This document shows, in pieces, positions 1-9,500 of a stretch of DNA of 64,000 nucleotides. Made by a program: the position numbers and the translations under genes. This stretch comes from Diplonema japonicum (lineage: Eukaryota > Protista > Euglenozoa: Diplonemea). Numbering within the stretch: the stretch's first letter is position 1; each line of letters starts with the position of its first letter. The notes beneath the pieces were generated by a model. That model ran no database searches, had not been told where the DNA came from, and worked only from the letters and a program-made list of their open reading frames with translations. The stretch spans positions 1 to 64,000 of the forward strand of contig OZ025706.1 in assembly GCA_964019335.1 (NCBI GenBank), read 5' to 3'.

Positions 1-740
1 TTTGCGGGTTTGCGGGTTTGCGGGTTTGCGGGTTTGCGGGTTTGCGGGTTTGCGGGTTTGCGGGTTTGCGGGTTTGCGGGTTTGCGGGTTTGCGGGTTTG
101 CGGGTTTGCGGGTTTGCGGGTTTGCGGGTTTGCGGGTTTGCGGGTTTGCGGGTTTGCGGGTTTGCGGGTTTGCGGGTTTGCGGGTTTGCGGGTTTGCGGG
201 TTTGCGGGTTTGCGGGTTTGCGGGTTTGCGGGTTTGCGGGTTTGCGGGTTTGCGGGTTTGCGGGTTTGCGGGTTTGCGGGTTTGCGGGTTTGCGGGTTTG
301 CGGGTTTGCGGGTTTGCGGGTTTGCGGGTTTGCGGGTTTGCGGGTTTGCGGGTTTGCGGGTTTGCGGGTTTGCGGGTTTGCGGGTTTGCGGGTTTGCGGG
401 TTTGCGGGTTTGCGGGTTTGCGGGTTTGCGGGTTTGCGGGTTTGCGGGTTTGCGGGTTTGCGGGTTTGCGGGTTTGCGGGTTTGCGGGTTTGCGGGTTTG
501 CGGGTTTGCGGGTTTGCGGGTTTGCGGGTTTGCGGGTTTGCGGGTTTGCGGGTTTGCGGGTTTGCGGGTTTGCGGGTTTGCGGGTTTGCGGGTTTGCGGG
601 TTTGCGGGTTTGCGGGTTTGCGGGTTTGCGGGTTTGCGGGTTTGCGGGTTTGCGGGTTTGCGGGTTTGCGGGTTTGCGGGTTTGCGGGTTTGCGGGTTTG
701 CGGGTTTGCGGGTTTGCGGGTTTGCGGGTTTGCGGGTTTG
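1..740 (+). repeat. Perfect tandem array (TTTGCGGG)n, 92.5 units, telomere-like; runs off the left edge of the window
   Basis: Directly visible 8-nt period with no variant units seen. It has the T-run plus GGG composition typical of telomerase repeats, but the G-rich strand points inward. Confidence 0.95.
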
Positions 741-1372
741 AGCCCTGCGGCGGCGGCCACCTCCCTCACCCACCCCTCCGCCCCCCCTGGGATCCCCGTG
801 GTGGGGCGCACCTTGGCGTTCGTCCCCTCCCACCGGTACCCGTATTGGAGGGTCTCCCTCCCTGAGTTCCCAGACAGGGCCTCCCACTTTCCTGAAAGCA
901 GGGCTTTCGGGAAGGCAGGGGCCGGGCCCGTCCTCAACCCGGGAGGGTGTTCACCATACACCAGTACCCACCCCTTTTTTTCTCCCTCTTTTCTTCCCTC
1001 TTCAACAATAGCAGGGTCGGCTGCAGGGGTCGTGGTCGCGGCGGTCGTGGCTGCGGCAGGGGCGGCTGCGGCGGTCTCAGTTGCGGCGATCAGGGCGGCA
1101 GGGTCGGCTGCGGCGTTCAGGGCGGCTGGGGCGGCCGTGGCTGTAGCAGCGGCGGTCAAAACCGCGGTCTCTGCTAGTGATTTTTTTAGTTTATTTTGTT
1201 TTTCTAAAGGGGGGTGGGGGGATCTAGGGGGTGGGGGTGGGGATTCATACTGCCCAACCAGATAGTCTGGTTGGGTCGGCCCTGGCGTCGTGTGCAGCCT
1301 GGCGGCCTGTTGGGGTTCCTTCTCCCTGCGGTTTGTGCGGTCACCTCCTCTTGCGTTCCGTCTTGGATCCAT
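740..1372 (-). pseudogene. 3'-truncated ORF (211 codons, MDPRRNARGG...): Pro/Ala-rich N-terminus plus the first half of an AlkB-like 2OG-Fe(II) dioxygenase; runs without a stop into the repeat array
   Basis: Manual translation from the ATG at 1372 ends ...LLSGKWEALSGNSGRETLQYGYRWEGTNAKVRPTTGIPGGAEGWVREVAAAAGL|KPANPQ. This resembles the AlkB W...R..xQ/HYGYxY...IP pattern that precedes the NxY...HxD motif. It is absent from the ORF track because it has no stop codon. Confidence 0.55.
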
Positions 1373-1542
1373 TTTTTATTTTTTTTTTTTTTTAAAAGTG
1401 TGTGTTGGGGGAGGGGATCCTTTCGGTAAGCGGCGGGCAGGCCGACGGGCAAAACAACCCCCCCGGACGACGGCGACGACGGACGACGGACGCAGCGGCA
1501 AACCCAGGCAGAGGCGGCAGGCACCAGCAGAACACGAACGAC

Positions 1543-1581
1543 CAATAAAGTACAGAAACTGTAGCTTTAGAATCGTTGGAT
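1543..1581 (-). ncRNA. Euglenozoan (diplonemid-type) spliced-leader exon, probably a retro-copied SL rather than an SL RNA gene
   Basis: Minus strand reads ATCCAACGATTCTAAAGCTACAGTTTCTGTACTTTATTG (39 nt). The 3' part CAGTTTCTGTACTTTATTG is the conserved kinetoplastid/diplonemid SL core, and CCAACGATT...AAAGCTA matches the diplonemid SL as I recall it. It is followed by GTCGTTCG rather than a GTATG-type SL intron. Confidence 0.9.
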
Positions 1582-1686
1582 TTGACGCCGGGTGGTCAAA
1601 ACAAAAAATTGCGGGTTTGCGGGCCGGCCCCTTGTCCCAAAATATAAAAAACGCGATTTGACGCCGGGTGGTCAAAACAAAAAATT
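1579..1686. repeat. Two identical 32-bp direct repeats (1579-1610, 1655-1686), each a TTTGAC/GTCAAA hairpin, with about 2 units of the TTTGCGGG repeat at 1609-1623
   Basis: GATTTGACGCCGGGTGGTCAAAACAAAAAATT occurs twice, and TTGCGGGTTTGCGGG follows the first copy. Confidence 0.9.
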
Positions 1687-1697
1687 TGAATTAGTCC

Positions 1698-1807
1698 GGG
1701 TTCCGCGGCCTTCGGCCGCGGAACCCTTGTATTGAGGGTATATTATATTTTGCGCGGCCTTCGGCCGTGGTACCCACCCCCCTCTGCGGCCTTCGGCCGC
1801 GGAACCC
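1698..1807. repeat. Three GC-rich palindromes with a TTC/GAA triloop (1698-1726, ~1754-1768, 1786-1807)
   Basis: GGGTTCCGCGGCC-TTC-GGCCGCGGAACCC is a perfect 13-bp stem. The core GCGGCCTTCGGCCG recurs twice more. Confidence 0.9.
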
Positions 1808-2865
1808 GGTATTAGAAGAAACAAAATCTAGTGACTTCAGCAAAACCGACTAGAACATTAGACACATGTAAGTAATTAGAAACAGTTGAACTGTATCTTA
1901 GAGTGTTTGGATTTTTTTTTTTTTGGATTTTTTTTTTGGACCAACATACAATCCACGTCTCTAATTTTAAACAAGAGGCCTTGTTCCTGTAGTTTATCTG
2001 TAGTTTAGTAAAGTTCAGTGTATTTCGAGGTGCTGACTTTACTAAGCAGTAACTCTTAAGCGAACCACGCTGCTCTGAAAGTGATGTAAGTTATTGGTTC
2101 CTTGACCCATAGCTCGACAGTTGCTATGCTATGCTGTCTATTTCACGTTGGAACACTTCCTTCGGTGTAATGCAGACATCTGAAATTTGGTATTTCCCTG
2201 TATGAGGTACAAATAGAAGGCAGGTTCTTTTTTAAATTTTTTCATAGAATTAGTTTTTGGTCTATGGACCATAAACAAAGAAAGAAAAAATCTAAAATGA
2301 TAAGATGAGACACGTGACGTGAAAAACAAATGTTTGTAATGCAAGATGGTAACTGGTCACCAACCCAAAAACAGAACATCTCATGAATAAAATAAAGTAA
2401 TGAATATTTTCCTGAACCACAGATGCAAAATATAAAGATTGCAGTAAAACTGAAAAATTGATTTTTTTGAACGCGAAAGTGGCACAAGTCAAACGGCACA
2501 GACTTCACTGAAATGACTCGCTTAAGGGAGATTACACACCTAGATCCAGAAAAGGTCTTGTTGCCCCTCAAAAAGAAGGAGGAAGAAAAGAGTGGACTGG
2601 CGCCGGCAACACCGCACTCTTTTTGTTCGCACGAACAAAATTTTTAAAAGCTGCGGAAGCTACAAAAATCATTTTTGAAAGATAAATATTTGCAACAAAA
2701 GAAATACGGTACAAAAAAAGAGATAGAAAAGAGGGAAACAGGAGATGGCATATTCAAAAGTCCAATGAAAAATTCTAAATGATAATGAGGAGGGGAAATG
2801 GAGAGAAGATGTAAATATGAAGAAATCTAAAAACCTTTTTTCTCAGATCAGGAAACGTGACAAAC

Positions 2866-5800
2866 CTACTCAACGCGGTTCCAATCTGTGTCCATGGGAG
2901 GCAGGGTCTCGTACTCGCCTTCTGTCGGTGCAACGTGCACCCAACTCGTTGCGTGGTTCTTCAGCTTAATAGTTTGGCTCGCGTACTTTATTTTGATTTG
3001 TTCAAAGCACGCGTCGGTCAGTGAGCTGCCATTCGATTGCAGAATAGCATTGAACCTGTGGAATATCCCAATCAACTTCTCCCAATGAGGGTCGGACATC
3101 AGTGTTCCGATGTTGCCCACCACGAACAACGCAGCTATGGGGCGGCTGATCGCCACATTAAGCCTCTGCGGTTGCTGAAGGAATCCAATGCTCTGCCTGT
3201 GGTCGTTCGGCACTTCATCTGCTTCCTGTGAACGCACGCAGGAAAGGATGATAACGTTTGCCTCACGTCCCTGGAAGGTTTCCACGGAGCACACAGAAAC
3301 AGGCAACTGATTCCTTTTGTAGTTCCACGGCTTTATGAATGGATAGTACCCGGCCTCAAATTTGTAGTGTATCTTATCACGAATCACCTGGCACTGCTTC
3401 AGGTACGGCGTAAGCACCACAATGTCTTCAAACTTGAGCTTCCCGGTGTTCAACAACTCTTCTACTAAGTCAACCACTTTGTAAGCTTCCGCCTCGTTCT
3501 TCCACGATGGTGAGTCTTCCTCACGTGTTTCCTTCCCTGCCACATGGTAAAAGGCAAGTGGGTGAAACTTCTCCGACGGGACAGCAAGGCTATACGGAAA
3601 GAGGGAAGTGCCCTTCAAAAGTTCTCTTTTCGCAAGCGGCGCACGTGCTCGGAGGGTGTTGTTGTAGGTCAGCTCGTTGTACACAGCCATGATGCTCGGG
3701 TGGGCTCGGTAACTGTCTAGAAGCTGCACTGAATGTTGTGGACACGTCTTCATTAGACGCTCCAGAACTGACACTCCAAATCCAAGAACTTGGCAGGGCA
3801 TAGAGCGGAGTACTGGTCCAAGCTGCTTGTGGTCACCAGCAAAGGCGATGACTGTTCCACGCTCCCCGAGCTCAAAGTGAGGACCATTCATAAACTGCAA
3901 TGGCACAAGAAGCTCCGTCTCTGTTGCCTGACCTGCCTCGTCAACCGCAATATGTGTGAAATTCCCCTTCTTAACACCCATTGTGTACAAGGTCCCTGTC
4001 ACCATCAGTGTGCACACGATTAACTCAGCCCCTTCCAGATCCGCTACAGTCAGGCCCGATGCTCGTTTTGCAAACCTTCGAACATCTTTACTGCAACTTT
4101 CGATATTGTAGCTCTCTGCCAGCAGGCGTATATGCTTGGTACCACATGATGCACCTCCACGCTCGACAAGACGTTCAAACAGTAAGTTCGCAGCTTCGTT
4201 GCTTGGTGTGGCCACTAGAATGCGTGGGCGTTCCCAAGATTGCCAACCAAGGAAACCGAACTTTAGTATGCCCTTCACCAGGATTAGATTGATTGCATCA
4301 ACTAGCGTTGTCGTCTTGCCCGTACCAGGTGGGCCATGCAGCAGCACAAGATGGTGTTTGCCACATGGGACGGGTTGCAGGATCCGATTGACGCACTCTT
4401 TCTGCTCTAAGTTCATGTTCGTTTTGGAAGATGCATTGTTGTAGTACTGCAAACTGTCCCATTCGCGGTCGTGACAATCAGCAAAATGACTTTCAATGTA
4501 TCCGTCTGTCAATAGTGGTGCCTCGTCAACTGCGAGGAATTGCTTCCTCCAGTTTGTCTCCGGCATGCTGAAAATTACAAGAAACGTTGTCCTCTCAGAA
4601 GACAGGAAGCCGATGCCAAACTTCACAAGCACATGGTCAAGGTTCACGAAGTGCACGAAACCTAAGTGCCATCTCATGCTCCCGTTGTCTCGCACACGCA
4701 CCTTGTCACCACGCAACACACTGGGACGCTTCTCGGCAAGCCCCTTGCAGTCGATGCGGTACAGCCCATGTTGCCCATCCCGACGAATAGCAGCATTATG
4801 CAAATCATATGCCCGAACATCACTGATGTTCTGCGTGGTTTCAACAGCCAGCAAGTTCTTAAAGAACTGTCTTGCAGTCTGCGGCTTCCCAAGAGCACTC
4901 TCACGTGTCATGTTCCCCTGTCCGATTCCCAGCTTATCAGCAGTGTACAGATCTCTCAGGAATCTTGCACCGTACCATCCTTTCTTTTTCCTCGATTCTT
5001 CTGACGATGCAGCAACACCTTCAAGGAGGAAACGCGGGATGACCATCCGCAACGTAGGGAGGTCCATCTCGTACTCGATCTTTGCCATTACTGGGGGATC
5101 GCCTCTTTGTTCTTGCGTGAATTTGATGTCCATCTGCTGCTGTCTAGTAACCTGTCCTGTTGCTTCGAGGAGAGTGTGCTTCAGATCGCAGAAGGCATTA
5201 CTACATTTGCCTGATAGTGCGAATTTACGGCACCTCATCTCTTCTCTTGTGTGGGCAAACCAGCAGTCTCCCCACATATACTTTCTACACGTATCACCCC
5301 GTTTGCACATTGTAGTCTTCCTCATTAATGAGGCATCAGGTCTGTCTTCGACTTTGACGTTCCAGCACACACCGCAGAACGCCTTTTTTTTTCCCTTCCG
5401 TGCCTCCGCAACCATCCTTTTGCAGCCTTGACAACGCACACGTCTTCCGCTTATACTCGATATGACACCCAGGGGGAGAAGCGAGTTGTTGTAAAAGTTG
5501 GAATTGAGGACGCTTTTGTCAGATACGTCGACCTTCAGGTACGCGTACTTGATGGAGGCGGAACGAAGCCCCCCGAGAGCTGAAGATGCCATGTCGCGAT
5601 TCTTGATAATACTATAATACAAATCCACAAGCAGTGACACATCCTCGGCTGCGTATTCTAAAAGCTTCGCGTCTAGCGGGCGCTCCATCCAGAAGGCGCT
5701 GCCTCCCTCTCGCATCCTCTTCGATACCTCATCTAGGGTGGAGGTGTCGCCCACGGAAAACTCCTTCAGGCACCATTTCAAAGACCTGATGCGTGTACAG

Positions 5801-6159
5801 TAGGGGTTCTGCTTCTCTTTCCTTGACAGTACTTCGAGAATTTGGATATCGAATATGTTCTTGCACACCCTCACACCCCACAAATGCGCCATCGCATCAC
5901 AATCCGACCTGCAGTCGTACATCAGTTTCAAAATCTTTCCGGAAAAGAGAGCTTGCATGAACTGGATGAGAACACCAAGCGAAACCTTCAGCACATCGAT
6001 GACATACAATCCTCGTTCACACGACAACTGAACAAGCGATATCTTCCCGTTGCGTCCTAGGTCTTGCCCTTCCAAGTCAACCGAAACACACCCAGTGCCA
6101 AGCACTACACGCATAGCATCATGCAGCTCTGCCGTTGTCTGGCAGTACTTCATCCTCAT
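2866..6159 (-). CDS. DEDDy 3'-5' exonuclease + zinc fingers + MOV10/SDE3/Armitage-type (UPF1-like SF1) RNA helicase fusion, 1097 aa
   Basis: Exonuclease motifs VSVDLEG, MYDCRSD and LEYAAEDV. CxxC...CxxC and two CCCH-like fingers. MOV10/SDE3-type GLAEKRPSVLRGD. Helicase motifs HGPPGTGKT, ATPSNEAA, VDEAGQ, AGDHKQLGP, YRAHP, SVETFQGRE and RLNVAISR. Confidence 0.88.
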   Translation of the reverse strand: MRMKYCQTTAELHDAMRVVLGTGCVSVDLEGQDLGRNGKISLVQLSCERGLYVIDVLKVSLGVLIQFMQALFSGKILKLMYDCRSDCDAMAHLWGVRVCKNIFDIQILEVLSRKEKQNPYCTRIRSLKWCLKEFSVGDTSTLDEVSKRMREGGSAFWMERPLDAKLLEYAAEDVSLLVDLYYSIIKNRDMASSALGGLRSASIKYAYLKVDVSDKSVLNSNFYNNSLLPLGVISSISGRRVRCQGCKRMVAEARKGKKKAFCGVCWNVKVEDRPDASLMRKTTMCKRGDTCRKYMWGDCWFAHTREEMRCRKFALSGKCSNAFCDLKHTLLEATGQVTRQQQMDIKFTQEQRGDPPVMAKIEYEMDLPTLRMVIPRFLLEGVAASSEESRKKKGWYGARFLRDLYTADKLGIGQGNMTRESALGKPQTARQFFKNLLAVETTQNISDVRAYDLHNAAIRRDGQHGLYRIDCKGLAEKRPSVLRGDKVRVRDNGSMRWHLGFVHFVNLDHVLVKFGIGFLSSERTTFLVIFSMPETNWRKQFLAVDEAPLLTDGYIESHFADCHDREWDSLQYYNNASSKTNMNLEQKECVNRILQPVPCGKHHLVLLHGPPGTGKTTTLVDAINLILVKGILKFGFLGWQSWERPRILVATPSNEAANLLFERLVERGGASCGTKHIRLLAESYNIESCSKDVRRFAKRASGLTVADLEGAELIVCTLMVTGTLYTMGVKKGNFTHIAVDEAGQATETELLVPLQFMNGPHFELGERGTVIAFAGDHKQLGPVLRSMPCQVLGFGVSVLERLMKTCPQHSVQLLDSYRAHPSIMAVYNELTYNNTLRARAPLAKRELLKGTSLFPYSLAVPSEKFHPLAFYHVAGKETREEDSPSWKNEAEAYKVVDLVEELLNTGKLKFEDIVVLTPYLKQCQVIRDKIHYKFEAGYYPFIKPWNYKRNQLPVSVCSVETFQGREANVIILSCVRSQEADEVPNDHRQSIGFLQQPQRLNVAISRPIAALFVVGNIGTLMSDPHWEKLIGIFHRFNAILQSNGSSLTDACFEQIKIKYASQTIKLKNHATSWVHVAPTEGEYETLPPMDTDWNRVE

Positions 6160-6239
6160 TGTTGTGATCCGAAACGAAAGGAGTTTGTTTTTTTCTTTTT
6201 CTTTTCCTGTGTTGCGATGGGTAATGGAAATGGAAATAA

Positions 6240-6288
6240 ATTCACTATGATAGGAACGAAGTGGTTAGCAACGGCCCGCCCAATAAAA
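6240..6288 (-). promoter_or_regulatory. Recurrent ~45-nt intergenic motif, copy 1
   Basis: Minus strand GGCGGGCCGTTGCTAACCACTTCGTTCCTATCATAGTGAAT, near-identical to 57002-57049 and similar to 23228-23274. It lies ~85 nt upstream of the helicase ATG. Function is inferred. Confidence 0.6.
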
Positions 6289-6545
6289 GTAAGCAATTCC
6301 TGTTTCCCGTTTCATCGTTCGTTATTCCTTCACAAGCACAGAGAGCAATTCTAGAGGTGCAGCCATGACCAGCACAATAAATATTTCTGGCCTTCCTCAA
6401 GAAAGCGGAAGACTTCCCGTATCGGGCCTAGTATCTCACTCGTGTAACTTACAGCAAATTCAGAGAGCTGATGGCTGCATTTAGCTTACCTAAGGTGTTA
6501 CTATGAATAGCACTTATTGTTATGAACTAATACAACAGAACACTT

Positions 6546-9500
6546 CTATAGTTTCCAGGAGTCGTCTTGCTCAGAACCAAACGGCTTCGTAGCTTCTGTG
6601 ATGAGCAGCTCACCGCACATTGGGCACTGCCCGCCTAAGATTTCATCCAACTCTTTCTTAAAGTCACGCGGCCTCGGTCCTGTGTCTTGTTCGTCGTCCT
6701 CAACTGTGATGGACCTCTCCAGCTGCCGGTGAATGCCTTTGATACGGTCGCGTGTCTCGAAAGGGACTGCCTCCGACTTCAGCAACACTTGAGTCAGACA
6801 GCTTTGGTGGAAGCCGTGGTCACATAAACCGAAGATGAAGAAGTTCTTAGACAGCAATGGGGCATTGCACGTCTTGCATTTGCTATCGGGCGCAATGAAC
6901 ACACCTTTCCTGTTCTCGGTGTTGACAGCAATTGTCTGTGCCAGAGTCGTCATGTCGTGCATCTCCCTCTTCAGGTTCTCAATTTCAAAATTGTAATCTG
7001 CCAGCGCTTCAAGAATAACATTCGAAAAGTCAGCCACTGTGACAGAGTCCCCGAAGAGCGGCAGGATGTCCTCCAAATGCAACGCGGGGCACTCTTGCAC
7101 CATGTCTATGGCTTTCTTTACCCCTTCAATTCTAGCGTCCATCTTGTCCATCTTGATTGTGTGTTCCACAATCTGAATCCACAACTGCTTCTTCTGCACC
7201 TCGTCGTCTGCGCAGTTTGCGAGCTTCTTAGCCAAAGGTATGTCATCGGACTGCAGCGACAACGTTACAGCATCGCCATGCATGCGCATCGTCGAGTAGA
7301 TCAAAGCAGCTGCTGAATATCGCTTGCCCTGCAAGCACAGCCTTAAGGCGTACTTCTTGTCGAAGGGTTCCGCCTCCTCATAAGCATAGCTGCTGCCATC
7401 AAAGCTTTCCAAGAACTGCAGCAGTTCAGTCTCATCATCGTACTGCTGGACATACACTAAAATCAACATATTGTTTATGGCAGGGTCCTCCGTTGAGTCC
7501 TTCACCAGCCACTTCAGGTACCTCACCGCCTGGTTCTCAGTGTCCCCTGGAGGGTTGTACCGCGGATGGTACAAGAGCAGTGCAGGGATCAGCCTCGATG
7601 GCTCGAGCATATTCGCAGCCTTACCTATCCATGCATCAACAACTTGCACAGGAGTCTTAGTGATGAGGCGCGGGCAGTACACGTACCATAGTTCAAGCAA
7701 GGAAGTCTTCATGCAGTTGTTAATCAAGCAGGTTAGGGCTGCCTGGTACTTTTCGTGCGTCATGTAAAAGGACATCATGCTTTTATAGTCCTTTGTGAGG
7801 CTCAGGAAGTATAGCATCTCATCGGGCATCCCATAGCTGTCGACGATGGGTGCTAGCACACTGGTCACCTTGTCTTGCGTATGATAGATGTCTCGCCTAC
7901 TGATATGGCTGAGGAAAGAGTGGAATTCCGCGCGCATGTCTTCTCTCTCGTTGCTATCCTCGCTTTCAGCGATGATGTCCAGCATCACCTTCGACGCCCA
8001 AATGTACAGGCACACGGTCTGCGACCCCTCCTGCTCCATCGCAAACCTTCTGGATTCGATGAATGTGATTCTCTCCCGTAAATATAGCAACAGTGCCTTG
8101 CGGTCGCCACACTGCACGAACTTCATTGCGGTGTCCTCAAATGCTGCGTTGGTGGTTGCTAACGTCTTCGCTGCTCGTGTGTATTCGCGTTCTTCAAAAT
8201 AATAATCAGCAGCTGCCATTTGTATCTGTTCCTTCCTCTTGGGCTCTGTACACATATCAGCAGCTGCAACGAAGTACTGCCCACGCTCTTGCTCGTCAGG
8301 GTTCATGGCCCGCAGCAGGAAAGACTTCCAGCTGTCGGACGATTGCTCGGGGATTTCCAATTCATGCAACTTGTCGGTGGTCACCAAGTAGGGCTTGTTG
8401 CTGTGCTCGTTTTCGTCGAAAATGAAAGCAAACGCGTTCTGCTGCGACTTGCTAGGGTCCCCAATAAGCCTCTTTTTTAGCTCTTCCGGCTTGATCATGT
8501 CATGGGGCTCTGTGTCGGCACGCCAACGCAGACCTGCTGGTTGTGCGATGATGCACACTCTGCTGTCCAGTAGCACTGTCATTGTGGTCTCACCGAGGAT
8601 GATGTGGTTCACCTTCTCCACTGCAAGCGACTGCGACGACTGGTCGGGTCTGACAGACATCCCCAGCTGCGAGGTGAGCAGCCTCCCTGGGAGGCTTCGG
8701 CCTTCTTTCATCAGTGAAAAGAACGAGCCGTTCTGCAACACTGGATCACCAGGAGAATCGGGCCACGACACGATAGCATGATATATGCCTCCCGCTGAGC
8801 ACCAGGCCACGCTGCACCGGGGGCTGAGCTTGTCATCAACCTTTGGTCTGTGGAGGTACAGATTTCCGGCATGCGGTGACACGTCCTGCGGCACCTGCGA
8901 CCTCACGGTGAAGGGGTCTAATAAGTTCTCCGCGTTGAAGACGTCTTCGAGAGTGGGCCCTCCTGTGAACACACACAACCTCGTGGCTGTCGAGATTAAA
9001 ACCACCAGCCGTTTTCCGACACCCAGTTTTTCAATCCTAATTCCTGTAATGGTGCTGTACTTCTTACTGTCGATCTGCCGCGCAAGGTCATAGGCATGGG
9101 TCAGCACAGTGCAGCCTTCTTTTTTTTCAAACCGTGCGATGTAGACCATCCCTCTGTTGTCGCCTAGCAGGATGTGGCCTGTGCTGCTTTCACGTTTGTT
9201 GTCTCGGTTCCAACCCACTGCTGTCAGCCTACTCTTGATTCTTTCGATCTTCTCGGGTTTGCCTGCCTTGCCCAGACTAGTGTTGATGTACCACGTCTCA
9301 CCGCTCTTGTCAGACGTGAGGGCAAGGAGGATGTGCTGCCCAGTCGGGTCGATGAAAATATTGTGCACATCAGAACCCTTTTTATTTTTCTTGTGCTTCA
9401 CGGGACCGGACCTTGGCTCGTAAACGTCTCCGGAACAAGTGTCGTTGATACGCAGCACCCACCGGTCACTCTGGAGCAGTGCTATTGCAAACACGTCATT

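Noticed and set aside
1-740. CRISPR array or coding repeat
   Set aside because: There are no spacers, the context is eukaryotic, and it is a simple tandem repeat.
2-1265. Three plus-strand ORFs encoding (RVCGFAGL)n
   Set aside because: They are a translation artefact of a stop-free 8-nt repeat, start at TTG and are antisense to the SL-led ORF.
2586-2640. Adjacent inverted repeats resembling a terminator
   Set aside because: The stems are short and AT-rich, single-copy, and bacterial-type terminators are not expected here.
6281-6302. Degenerate SL 3'-end relic upstream of the helicase gene (also 63066-63080)
   Set aside because: Only ~10-12 low-complexity matches (TACTTTTATTG), which is expected by chance in AT-rich spacers.
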